Shown here: positions 25,337 to 37,029 of the stretch, piece after piece | How positions within the stretch are numbered: position 1 is the stretch's first letter | How the letters are laid out: each line of letters begins with the position of its first letter | DNA from: Chiloscyllium plagiosum | Taxonomy: Eukaryota | DNA: 60,781 nucleotides | Reading direction: 5' to 3' | Assembly: GCF_004010195.1 (NCBI RefSeq) | Contig: NC_057760.1 | Coordinates: 4,494,488 to 4,555,268 of the forward strand | Position numbers and translations under genes: made by a program | The notes under the pieces: generated by a model | What the model saw: only the letters and a program-made list of their open reading frames with translations | What the model was told of the DNA's origin: nothing | Databases searched by the model: none

Positions 25337-25417
25337 ATTATTCAAGTCAAAGCAGCCCTTTTGATTGGCAGCACATCCACCACTATCAACATTCTGACAC
25401 ACAGTAACAGCAAGTGA

Positions 25418-25810
25418 AGAACACAGAACAGAGTAGGCCATTCAGCTTTCTTCCACCATTCTACAAGACCATGGTTGATGTGTGGCCTAACTCCATAATC
25501 TCACCTTTGGCCCATATCCCTTAAAACCTATCCTTAACAAACACTCATCAATCTCAAAATTAAAATTACCAACTGATCCAGCATCCACTGCTGTTTGTGG
25601 AAGAGAGTTCCAAACATCTACACTTTGTGTCTGTAGAAGAGCTTTTTAACATCTCTCCTGAACCACCTGGCCCTATTTCTCAGATGATGCCCCATTGTTC
25701 CAGAATCTCCAACTAGTGAAAATAGTTTACATTTATGTACCCTGTCTCTTCCAGTTAATATCTTGAAAACTTTTATGAGATCACTCCTTAACTTGCTAAA
25801 TTCTAGAAAA
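25418..25810 (-). mobile_element. CR1 LINE 3' fragment
   Basis: ORF 25618-25842 LEFSKLRSDLIKVFKIL. Confidence 0.85.
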
Positions 25811-26142
25811 GTTACAGCAACTACAAGATCCTTAAACAGCACATTTTAAACCCATAGACATTGCCATCTAGAAGGACAAGAGCAATAAATACATGAGAAC
25901 ACTATCAACTGCAAGTTTTCCTGCTAAGCCAGTCACCATCCTAACTTAGAGATATACCTCTATTCACTCATTGGCAAAGTACTGGAACTCACTCTCTTAC
26001 AGCATTGTTGGTGCCCCCATTCCAAATGGACTGCAAGTAGTTCAACAAGGAACCTCACGACCACCTTCTCAAGGGTAATTATGGATGGACAATAAAAGTT
26101 GGCCAAGGCAGTGCCATCCACATTTCCTGAATGAATATATAA

Positions 26143-26380
26143 AGACTCTGTAGCTTACAGCATGCTGTATCTGTTATGGGAGTGTTTGATAGGGATAGGG
26201 TAGAGGTAGCTTTACCATGTATCTAGCCCTGTGCTGTGCCTTGGCTGACAGAGAATGTTTGATGGGGACAGTGTTGAGAGAGCTTTACTTTCCATTTAAA
26301 AGAGTATGGGGAACTTTATTCTGTATCTAACCCTGTCCTGTCCCTGTCCTGGGAGTGTTTGATGGAGACAGTGTAGAGTT
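26143..26380 (+). repeat. ~68-bp minisatellite family, degenerate array
   Basis: Three gggagtgtttgat...gtagag...agctttac units. Confidence 0.8.
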
Positions 26381-26494
26381 GCAAAATTTCTCAATGTATT
26401 ACTCTGAAAAGCAAAATTGTGCAGACATTGAAGTCTGAGGTAACAACAGAAGTTGTTGGACTGAACTTGCTGAGTTTCTTTCCAGAATGTTTCC

Positions 26495-26807
26495 GGGTGG
26501 CACGGTGACACAGTGGTTAGCACTGTTGCCTCACAACGCCAGAGACCTGGGTTCAATTCCCGTCTCAGGCGACTGACTGTGTGTGGAGTTTGCATATTCT
26601 CCCCGTGTCTGCGTGGGTTTCCTCCGGGTGCTCCGGTTTCCTCCCACAGTCCAAAGATGTTCAGGTCAGGTGAATTGGCCATGCTAAATTGCCCGTAGTG
26701 TTAGGGGTAAGGGGTAAATGTATGGGTATGGGTGGGTTGCGCTTCGGCGGGTCAGTGTGGACTTGTTGGGCTGAAGGGCCTGTTTCCACACTGTAATGTA
26801 ATCTAAT
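26495..26807 (+). mobile_element. HE1-like SINE, young full-length copy
   Basis: Near-identical to the reverse complement of 23111-23416. Confidence 0.93.
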
Positions 26808-27006
26808 GTTCAGTTTATGCTTGTAATTTTTGACCCCGGGTCTTTACATATTTTATTCCTGGTGCCCAGGGAACAAGTGAAAAATATCTCAAGTCTAAGC
26901 TAAAAGCCAATTCATTCTCTAAATAATAGCTGGGATGGGAAGGTCTAATCCTGAAGTGAAGCTTCAAAACTGAAGATTAAGTGATCATTTAACAGAAATG
27001 TTAACA

Positions 27007-27323
27007 GGGGGCAGCACGGTGGCTCAGTGGTTAGCACTGCTGCCTCACAGTCCTGGGTTCAATTCCAGCCTCAGGTGTCTGTCTATGTGGAGTTTGCACG
27101 TTCTCCCCGTGTCTGTGTGGGTTTCCTCCGGGTGCTCCAGTTTCCAAACCTGTGCAGGTCAGGTGAATCGGCTATAAAAAATTGCACATAGTGTTAGGTG
27201 TATTAATCAGGGGTAAATATCGGGGAAGGGAATGGGTCTGGGTGGGTTACTCGTCGGAGGGGCAGTGTGGACCTGTTGGGCCAAAGGGCCTGTTTCCATA
27301 CTGTAGGGAATCTAATCTAATCA
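27007..27323 (+). mobile_element. HE1-like SINE
   Basis: tRNA head, V-domain and (taatc)n tail. Confidence 0.9.
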
Positions 27324-28887
27324 GAAGGTTCCAGAATTAGGCTGTTTCTGTGTTTGGTTGCCTGTGTAAAATGTTTTACATTGACTCTGACTGTTTCAGG
27401 AGGAGAGTAGGATGGAGCTTTTCTCCAACAACAGAGTGCACCTTCTCCACAGCAAATACAGACTTCAGAAGATCAAGTGAGGTGGAAAAGTGTTTGTCAG
27501 GGAAAAACATAAAAAAACTGAGAAATGGAACAGTAAATAGAGGCAGAATAGCAATACAATGACCTCACAACAATGGTCTCTTTCCAAGAAAGAGAGAGAG
27601 AACTCCTTGATGATCAGCAAAGGTGGGAACTGTGATCTGTGAGAGCAAAACACTCTCAAACTATTCCCTGCAGGCTTTTAAAAGTGTGCAGTTTGAGAAA
27701 CAAGGTTCAGCAGTTATTTTGCTAAGTGCCTGGTGCCATTAGAATGTGGAGTGCTGTAATTTGGGAAGAATGCTTTACATTCTCATTCATTACAGGAATC
27801 CAGATCTTTGTGCTGCAAATATACATGTTAAAGGCAGGGAATCTTTCAATCACTATCCTTCCTAACCACAAATCTTCCATTCATTGATACCCCTGGTTTC
27901 AAAACTCATATTAGATGCCGATCTCTCTGGACAGCCATGATTCTGATACATCTCTCTACTATTTCCAAATTCTGATTCATAATCCAGCTAGCTATTAAAA
28001 TTGTTTTTGTTTTTTTTAACAAAGATCACTCCCCTGAAAGGTTGCAACAGTCAGTGAGCTATTCACTGTGGAGTCCTGAGCCTCAGAACAAGAACATCCA
28101 AGCCTCCGTTCTTGCGAAGTGATCACTGGGGGTCAGTGCCTGAGATGATAAGTGTCATCTCATTATGGAAAGATCCTGCATTCATGCTTTTCCTCACTCA
28201 GGAAAGGGAGGGAAATGTCCTCCACGCTGCTTCACCAGCAAAACTAAGCTGTAAAGCACTGAGGAGCAGGGGAAACATGCATTGCTTGTGTAGGTTGTCA
28301 TTTTGTCACATGGCTTTGGCTGTGTGTGGTATACCAATACTTTGCGATAATGCTTTGTATGCTTTGTGGTTGAGCTGGGGAGTGGAAATTGACCAGCTTC
28401 AGAGCTGCTGGGTGACTGAAGAAGAACTTTTACACTGCTCTTATAAGGCAGGGAAAACTGGACACCATCGGGGAAATGTTAACTGGCAGATAAAGGAAAG
28501 GAACGGGATACTACATTCCCGTTAGGAAAGATTGGATCTACTGAAAAGGGAAAGTAACCTGCTTATATCTACAAGGAGTTCTAAACACCACAGGGACATG
28601 ATCTCAATTAATTATATGTCTGAATACAGATACAGCAGTGTGTGTGAAGTCAGTCAAACAGATCCTTCCCAACAACCACATAATACAGGTAATTCTCCTT
28701 TCATGTCCAGAATGCCCTGAACTGGCTAAAGTACAGACTAGAAATAAACAACATGCCAAATGTAGCTTGGTTGCAGGCCCAGACACCCAATAGACTCCCA
28801 GAGAAGACCCTGTTTGATTGACAGCTCTGGCTATCTGATCTATTCACTCAATTGCACAATGTTTGTTTAGACAAGATAAAGGGGTTT

Positions 28888-29222
28888 CATAGAACATAGA
28901 AGAATACAGCGCAGTACAGGCCCTTTGGCCCTCGATGTTGCGCCGATCCAAGCCCACCTAACCTATACTAACCCACTATCCTCCATATACCTATCCAATG
29001 CCCGCTTAAATGCCCATAAAGAGGGAGAGTCCACCACTGCTACTGGCAAGGCATTCCATGAACCAGTCTATCCTCATACGATCTTCCTTCCATACCAGGC
29101 AACATCCTGGTAAACCTCCTCTGCACCCGTTCCAGTGCCTCCACATCCTTCCTATAGTATGGCGACCAAAACTGCACACAATATTCCAGATGCGGCCGCA
29201 CCAGAGTTTTATACAACTGCAA
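28888..29222 (-). mobile_element. CR1 LINE 3' fragment with internal deletion
   Basis: LYKTLVRPHLEYCVQFWSPYYRKDVEALERVQRRFTRMLPG; catagaacatagaa tail. Confidence 0.9.
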
Positions 29223-29300
29223 AAGTTTCAAGTGCTTGCAGTTTCTGAGGTTCAGGACCACACTATTGTCAACATAAGAATCATTGGTATTACAATATAT

Positions 29301-29609
29301 TAGATTAGATTCCCTGTAGTGTGAAAACTGTCCCTTCAACCAAACAACTCCACACTGACCCTCTGAAGAGTAACCCACCCAGACCCATTTCCCTCTGACT
29401 AATGCACCTAACACTATGGGCAATACACCATGGCCAATTCACCTCACCTGCACACCTTTGGATGTGGGAGGAAATCAGAGCAGCCAGAGGAAACCCACGC
29501 AGATATGGGGAGAATGTGCAAACTCCACACTGACAGTTGCCCAAGGCTGGAATTGAACCCAGGTCCCTGGCACAGTGAGGCAGCAGCGCAAACCACTGAG
29601 CCACTGTGT
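29301..29609 (-). mobile_element. HE1-like SINE
   Basis: Same structure as the other copies. Confidence 0.9.
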
Positions 29610-29674
29610 TTATAGTGCACATTGTGAGTAAATGAGCATCTAAATGCCATACCTTGGCACGGAGAATTCGCAGG

Positions 29675-29815
29675 GTAAAAACAAGGACTGCAGATGGTGG
29701 AAACCAGAGTCTAGATTAGAGTGGTGCTGGGAAAGCACAGCAGGTCGGGCAGCATCCGAGGGGTCCTTGGATGCTGCCTGACCTGCTGTGCTTTTCCAGC
29801 ATCACTTTAATCTCG
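29675..29815. mobile_element. Fold-back insertion of Penelope-like family A ends with a 16-bp target-site duplication
   Basis: Arms 29709-29762 and 29765-29815 are imperfectly inverted. Flanks are acggagaattcgcagg (29659-29674) and acggagaatttgcagg (29816-29831). Confidence 0.8.
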
Positions 29816-30391
29816 ACGGAGAATTTGCAGGCTAGGCAGAGGGGGTGGGGGTGGAACCATGAAGCTTAACACGGAGAGTAAGGGGATTGTAAAACTGAAT
29901 GGGGATTCACAAGATTTCCTCATCCAGACAATAGCTCACAGCTTCTCATAGGTTGCATTAATCAGCACTCTTTAAAAACAAGGCCTGAGTGACTGCACAA
30001 AAATTGCCAGAGAGTGGGGGATGTTCAACCCTGAAAATGTTGGGTGCATGCACTTGAGCTGAACCTGCCTGAACCCTAATCCTGTTTGGCAGAAAGTCAG
30101 AAATCCTGAGAGTAGGTCCCAGCTGCCATTTCCACACTTCCAGAGAATCTTCCTGACTCTCAGGAATTAACTCAACAAACTAAACTACATCATCAACCTA
30201 TCCACAATCAACAACAAAACCAAACCTCTTGCACATACTAATTTTATTAATTTTGTTTTAAATACAAGGTGCACTTGGGTTATGAAAAGCTCAATTTGGC
30301 CCAAAGATTTAGAAAAATTCAGGAAGCAACATGTAAGTGACAAAATAGAGGCAGCGTTCCCAGAAATGGATAGAAATGGATAGAACAGATC

Positions 30392-30686
30392 AGACAATAG
30401 ACAATAGACAATAGACAATAGGTGCAGGAGTAGGCCATTCTGCCCTTCCAGCCTGCACCGCCATTCAACATGATCATGGCTAATCATTCCTAATCAATAT
30501 CCTGTTCCTGCCTTATCTCCATAACCCTTGATTCCACTATCTTTGAGAGCTCTATCCAACTCTTTCTTAAATGAATCCAGAGACTGGGCCTCCACTGCCC
30601 TCTGGGGCAGAGCATTCCACACAGCCACCACTCTCTGGGTGAAGAAGTTTCTCCTCATCTCTGTCCTAAATGGTCTACCCCGTATT
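30392..30686 (-). mobile_element. Young CR1 3' end with (gacaata)n tail
   Basis: IRGRPFRTEMRRNFFTQRVVAVWNALP; four gacaata units at 30392-30420. Confidence 0.92.
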
Positions 30687-30922
30687 TGATAGAGGGGAGT
30701 CAGTGGATGTAATAAATTTAGATTTTCAAGAGGCTTTTGATAAAGGCTCCCAGCAAAAGAGACTAGTTCAAAAATTAAAGCATCTGGGAGATGGGAGGTA
30801 ATGTCCTGGCACAGATTAATGATTGGCTGACAGAAACAGAGTAGGAATGAATGGGTCATTGTCATGATGGCTGACTTTGACTTATGGGGTACCACAAGGC
30901 TCAGTGCTTGGTCCCCAGCTGT
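30687..30922 (+). mobile_element. Old CR1 RT fragment (continues at 31740-32000)
   Basis: gattttcaagaggcttttgataaagg (DFxxAFDK), gtaccacaaggctcagtgcttggtccc (VPQGSVLGP), later ttgcagatgatacaaag (ADDTK). Confidence 0.75.
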
Positions 30923-31738
30923 TCACAATAAATACAGAAAGGAGATAGAGGGCTTGGTGACATGGGGGTGCATTGAGAACACCCTCTCAATCAATGTCAG
31001 CAAAACTAAAGAACTGACCTTTGACTTCAGGAAGAAAGGAGGAGTACACGTCTCCATCCACATCAACAGAGCTGAGGTTGAGAGGGTGGAGAGCGACAAG
31101 TTCCCAGGAGTGACGAAAACCAGCAACCTGTCCTGAACTTCCCACGTAGATGTGATTGTCAAGAAGGCACAACGCCTCTTCTTCCTCAGCTGGCTCAGGA
31201 AATTCGACATGTCCATTAAGACCCTCGCCAACTTCTCCAGATGCACCATTGAAAGCATACAGACCAGATGCATAACGGCCTGGTACGGCAACTGCTCTAC
31301 CCAGGACCATAAGAAACTGCAGAGGGTTGTGGGCACAGCCCAGACCATCACAGAAGCCAACCTTCCACCCATGGAAGCTACCAACATCATCAAAGCCCCA
31401 TCGCACCCTGGTAAAGCTCTCCTACAAGATCTTCCGTCAGGGCAGAAAATACACAAGTTTGAACACGTACCAGCAAGTCCAGGAACAGCTTCTTCCCTGA
31501 CAAATTTAGACTGATGAATGGACTCTCTCACGTCAAATAATGCTGATCATGCCAATGTTCATCTTGCCTAGCATACATCCTATTCAAAGTAACCTGTCTG
31601 TCTCAAGTTTTTTCCCCCCACTCTACAATCTGTATGTCATTGTTTACAGATACTGCTGTCGTTGATCTGCCTGTACTGCTTGTAAACAAAGCTTTTCACT
31701 GTATTTAGGTACACCTGACAATAAATAAATAAAATAAG
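30923..31738 (+). mobile_element. Rex1/Babar-like LINE, 3' portion
   Basis: INVSKTKELTFDFRK, KKAQRLFFLSWLRKF, CTIESIQTRCITAWYGN; tail tgacaataaataaataaa. Confidence 0.8.
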
Positions 31739-32001
31739 TATTGTTGATTTGGAGGTGGGACCGAATGTAATATTTCCAAACTTGCAGATGATACAAAGCT
31801 GTATGGGAATAAGGGCTGAGAGAAAGGCAACTTCAGGAAGGTTGCACAGTCGTATTGAACGGTCAAGAATCTGACAGATGGAATGCAGTGTGAGGTAGAA
31901 GTGTAGAATATTCTTAAATGCTAAGATGTTATAAAGTGTAAACATACAAAGAGACTCAGGTGTCCTTGTCGATAAGTCACTGAAGGCCAACTTTCAGGTG
32001 C

Positions 32002-32069
32002 AAGTGAGGTCTGCAGATGCTGGAGATCAAAGTTGAAACTTTATTGCTGGAACAGCACAGCAGGTCAGG
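32002..32069 (-). mobile_element. Penelope-like family A end running into the gap
   Basis: aagtgaggtctgcagatgctggagatca...gcacagcaggtcagg matches 39261-39330. Confidence 0.75.
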
Positions 32070-32830
32070 NNNNNNNNNNNNNNNNNNNNNNNNNNNNNNN
32101 NNNNNNNNNNNNNNNNNNNNNNNNNNNNNNNNNNNNNNNNNNNNNNNNNNNNNNNNNNNNNNNNNNNNNNNNNNNNNNNNNNNNNNNNNNNNNNNNNNNN
32201 NNNNNNNNNNNNNNNNNNNNNNNNNNNNNNNNNNNNNNNNNNNNNNNNNNNNNNNNNNNNNNNNNNNNNNNNNNNNNNNNNNNNNNNNNNNNNNNNNNNN
32301 NNNNNNNNNNNNNNNNNNNNNNNNNNNNNNNNNNNNNNNNNNNNNNNNNNNNNNNNNNNNNNNNNNNNNNNNNNNNNNNNNNNNNNNNNNNNNNNNNNNN
32401 NNNNNNNNNNNNNNNNNNNNNNNNNNNNNNNNNNNNNNNNNNNNNNNNNNNNNNNNNNNNNNNNNNNNNNNNNNNNNNNNNNNNNNNNNNNNNNNNNNNN
32501 NNNNNNNNNNNNNNNNNNNNNNNNNNNNNNNNNNNNNNNNNNNNNNNNNNNNNNNNNNNNNNNNNNNNNNNNNNNNNNNNNNNNNNNNNNNNNNNNNNNN
32601 NNNNNNNNNNNNNNNNNNNNNNNNNNNNNNNNNNNNNNNNNNNNNNNNNNNNNNNNNNNNNNNNNNNNNNNNNNNNNNNNNNNNNNNNNNNNNNNNNNNN
32701 NNNNNNNNNNNNNNNNNNNNNNNNNNNNNNNNNNNNNNNNNNNNNNNNNNNNNNNNNNNNNNNNNNNNNNNNNNNNNNNNNNNNNNNNNNNNNNNNNNNN
32801 NNNNNNNNNNNNNNNNNNNNNNNNNNNNNN
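32070..32830. other. Assembly gap
   Basis: Run of N. Confidence 1.
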
Positions 32831-33485
32831 ATCTTCTGCATTATACCCAGAAATATCTGCCATTGTTCCTCCACTGTCATCCCTGCTAAGGTATTGCACC
32901 ATTGAACTTTGGCCAGCTCCTCCCTCATAGCTCCATAGTTCCCTTTATTCAACAGAAATATTATCACTTCCGATTGTACCCTCTCCCTCTCAAATTGCAG
33001 ATTGTAGCTTATTGTATTATGGTCACTACTTCCCAATGGCTCCTTCACTTCGAGGTCTCTGACCAATTCTGGTTCGTTGCACAATACCAGATCCAGAATT
33101 GCCTTCTCCCTGGTCGGCTCCAGCACCAGCTGCTCTAAGAATCCATCTCTGAGGCACTCCACAAAGTCTCTTTCTTGAGGTCCAATACCATCCTGATTCT
33201 CCCAATCTACCTGCATGTTAAAATCCCCCATAAAAACTGTAGTAACATCTTTACGACAGGCCAATTTCAGCTCCTGATTCAACTTACATCCGACATCCAG
33301 ACTACTGTATGGGGGCCTGTAGATGACTCCCAAGAGGGTTTTTTAACCCTTAGTATTTCGCAACTCTATCCACACTGACTCTACATCCCCTGACTCTGGG
33401 TCCCCCCGCGCAAGGGACTGAATATCCTCCCTTACCAACAAGGCCACCCCACCCCCTCTGCCCGTCAGTCTGTCCTTACGATATC
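32831..33485 (-). mobile_element. CR1 LINE endonuclease region, 5'-truncated young copy
   Basis: GVIYRPP, MGDFN, EPTREKAILDLVL, LGSSDHN. Confidence 0.93.
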
Positions 33486-34509
33486 AGGCAGGAGGTGGAA
33501 TCCTCACCCTACCCTTAACCCTAACCTCGGGATGATTTGACCTTCAAAATACTAGAATAGATCCAGGGATCTTTAACACATACATAAGAGGTCCTTCAGG
33601 TCCACTGACTGTCACTGACCTGTCTGAATTAAGCACTGACTACTTATTGGCTGTACGAGGTCAAGTTTGACATGAAGTACCTTGTGTAGATAAAGATGAA
33701 AATAGCTATGGAATATTGTAGAAATTACTTGAGAAGATATTAAATATTGAACTGTGTTATGAAATAAGCTTGCAGTCACCCATGGCTCCAAATAGAGCCA
33801 CCTTTCCAGTTTAAATACTAACACCTATTTACAACCATTTGCAGATTAAGAACCAGATTTCTCTCCTACTCTCCCACACTAACAAAGCCTTTTGGAAAGA
33901 TTCTGATTAATAGTGCAGAGACTTTCTCACTAACATGGCGATGAGATGGCATAGACTGGTTTAGGTGGTCACTGCTGTAAAGTGGAGCTTTACTGTCAGT
34001 GATTTTTTGCGAAGATTCAGCTTCCAGTCTCTCAAATAAATCTGGTTATGTCTGGCCTTTCACAAATACAGTATTAGCAATGAATGCAGCAGAATCTGTA
34101 AGAGACAGGTTTTGGAATGGAAAATTCCTATGCCACATGAATGAGGTAGAGTCAGGGTCTAACACCGTGTCATTCCCCTTGCCACCATCCTATTTTCCCT
34201 GTCTTTATGACTTGATGTACTTCCTCTGAGATTACCATATCTCCTTTTCAACTTTGTTTCCTCAGTTTAAGTTTAAATTACAGATCATGGAGAATGAGAA
34301 ACAAATTTAGGGTGTACTTGACATCCAGCCAATGGCTTAAATTTGCTAAATATATTATTGTAAGCTTAGAGGAGATGTAACTCCCAATCCTTAGTGAGCT
34401 CCTGAATAAAGTGTGGCAGGAAAGTTGGACAACTTAATCCAGACTGTGTGAGAGTATCACACTCACTCCTATCCCCACAACACTGAGATACTTCAATGTT
34501 AAAATAACT

Positions 34510-35310
34510 CAGCAACTGCTCTCCTCTAACAATCCTATCACAGGGTGTTGAACCCTGGGTCTGTGAGCAAGTATCACACTGAAACTTTAACCACTTCCAC
34601 ATCTCCAATGCCCCACTCCAACAAACTCCCCTCCCCAGGAAACAGGAGAAAACCTGTAGAATCTTCCTGATTGTGGATAATATTTTTCATTTTCGACACC
34701 AGAAAATTTGATCAACAGATTTAACATAAACAGTGAATCAGCTATGACTCAATGGACGGAGGTCAAACTGTAGCTTCCAGTCTCCAAGTGAGTTAGCCAG
34801 GGTTCTGGTCTGGAGCATTTAGATAGAGCCTGAGCCTAGGTAGTTGAGCAGGGTTCAAGACTGGGGGCAACTGGGTAGGGTTCAAGATGGGTGAGATGGG
34901 CAAGGTTCAGGTTTGGGGGATTTGCGGCAGGATGTGTGTTTGGTGTATTGACAGGGTTCATTTGGGGCATTTGGTAGGTGGATATTTGTGGGTATTGGGC
35001 TGGGTTTGAGTTTTGGCATTTGGACGGGGGGGTACAAGTTTTGGGGTATCAGGCAGGACTTGTGTCTGTTGGTCAATTTAGGCATTTCAGTAACTGCTCT
35101 CCTCTGAACAACCCAATCACACAGTGTTGAAGCCTGGGTCTGTGAGCAGGTATCACACTGAAAAAAAAACCTATCTCCCCTCTCCCATATCCCCATCATG
35201 TTCCACTCCAACAATCTCCCCCTCCCCAAGAAACTGTAGAAAACCTCCAGAATTCTTCACAAGTATAAATAAAACTATTCATTTACATGAAAATTTGATC
35301 AACAGATTGT
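34510..35310 (+). repeat. Local direct duplication (~210 bp at 34510-34722 and 35087-35309)
   Basis: Both begin cagYaactgctctcctct, contain ctgggtctgtgagcaRgtatcacactgaaa and end gaaaatttgatcaacagatt. Confidence 0.8.
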
Positions 35311-36803
35311 TTTCGGTGCATTTGAGTTTACTCATTTGGGGGGAGGGGGAATGAATGTTTGGGGCATTTGAGCATGGTTCAAATTTAAGTTAGAGGGCAG
35401 TGGTTGAGTTTGGGGGTTATATTTCATTTAGAAAGTCCTGACATTATTCAATTTCTACTTTTAGGTCACGGGTGGCATCCTGTTTTTGTTTGGTTGTAAC
35501 TTTTAATGTTGGGAATGCTACGTGAACATGTCACACTGTAATTATGCTACTTGCCACTAGGGGAGGTGTAATCACAGTGTCATACATTTACACAGATATC
35601 TTTCCATCAACTCCCTCTCCATCGTGGGAAGTGAAACAAATCCATGTTTATAGTCAGCATTACGATTTATTGTTGGGTCGTGTCAGGCATTGGTTACAGA
35701 GAGTGAAAGTCACTTGTATGCACTGACTTGCCAACATGCTGCAAAACACAAGTTTCAGGCACAGCCAGCTCTTGGCCACTCTCACTCTGTAAACATTCTC
35801 TCTCCCTGAGGGCTAATTGCTCCAGTTTGCTGAACGATTGGCCAAGTGTGTGTCAGAAACATTCTCAAGGGGAGAGGCTAGATTCCATTCAATCCGTCAT
35901 CTTAATAATTATTTTGTTTTTGAAAAGTGAAAACTATGTGCACGCCTCTTAAAAAGGCATCACTGTCTGAGGTGTCTCAGAGTAAAACTGAATGTGCGCC
36001 ATACAATTTGCCACTTTCACAAGCCTAGTATGTTGTAGTCTCACCCTGATGTACAGCATCAGGCACATCTGTACACTGTCACTATGGGAAGTACTGATCA
36101 ACATGGATACTCAACAGGAGATGCAGAACAAGGGTTAAACTGGTTTCTTCATAGTGCATTGGGTGGAAAATGCATTGCATTAATCACACTTCCTTTCCTC
36201 TCTCTCCACCCTAAAAGCAACACATTTCTTTAACCGAAAAGAGCAAAGACATGTCAATGTGACCCCAAACAAGTCACTTGGTCAAAGCTGAATCCCAAAG
36301 CCCCTGCTACACACTGCTGCGCAACATTGACATCATAATAGGACATGCAGAATCATGGCGCTGAGCCCAGAGAGTTTGTTTAAATACAGAGCGTCAGAGT
36401 AAATTACAACCATTATTTACAGAAACAAATTACTGAATATCTCGACAGATCTGTAAAATGCTTGCTAAAATCCATCACCCTGGGGTTTTCTGATCTTTTG
36501 CACCACAAAGAGTAGACTCACCCTGCCTATTGTAAAAAGGCTCTTTGAAAAATCTCTATAAAGTTTAAAATTACAGCTCAACTTAGAAAAACTAGGAGTG
36601 GGGGAGAGACAAGGACAGGATCTGGAATGAAACACAAAAGAAAACACTCTTGCACACAAACTACAATGGAAACTTTTTTTCTCATCTGTAAAATAAATCA
36701 AAACTCTAAGTCCCATCTGCCCAGGCACATGGAGTAAATTATATCAAGAGCTCAAGAAAGATTCATAAAACTCGTTCTTTCCCCCCTCCTGTTAGTTACT
36801 CAC

Positions 36804-36974
36804 ACAGTCGGAATCCAGTCTTGGCTGTGTCAGAAGGGCTACTGTCACTGTAAACCGTTGTAATATTGCCCTTTCTACAGCGATTCTCGCAATGTCCAGC
36901 CTCACACTTCAGCTTACAAACCGTAGGTGTGAAAAGAACCTTGATCTTCCCAACCTCAGCAATTTGATTAAACA
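36804..36974 (-). CDS. LTBP4: LTBP4-like exon: N-terminal 4-Cys domain (KIKVLFTPTVCKLKCEAGHCENRCRKGNITTVYS...GFRL)
   Basis: Acceptor tttcatgtcaccag|TG and donor CTGT|gtgagt; 171 nt, phase 1-1. Matches the LTBP family motif IKVVFTPxICKxxCxxGxCxNxCxxGxxTT...FR. Confidence 0.93.
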
Positions 36975-37029
36975 CTGGTGACATGAAAACAGTGCAACAA
37001 CAAAGCATCAGGAACAGCTCGGAATCCAT
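36975..37029 (-). CDS. Putative alternative start and signal peptide of a short LTBP isoform (MDSELFLMLCCCTVFMSP)
   Basis: ATG at 37029 (ccaATGg) is in frame with the 4-Cys exon and is followed by a hydrophobic stretch. This parallels the recalled human LTBP1S N-terminus MDTKLMCLLFFFSLPPLLVSNHTGRIKVVFTP. Confidence 0.65.

Larger units (their letters stand above)
23040..26140 (+). mobile_element. Decayed CR1/L2-group LINE (second family) with large deletions and nested SINE, Penelope-like and CR1 insertions
   Basis: EPTRGKNILDLILTN...IGKSDH (endonuclease C-terminus). 24190-25060 aligns by eye with 51695-52620, and 25850-26135 matches the family 3' end. Confidence 0.85.
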
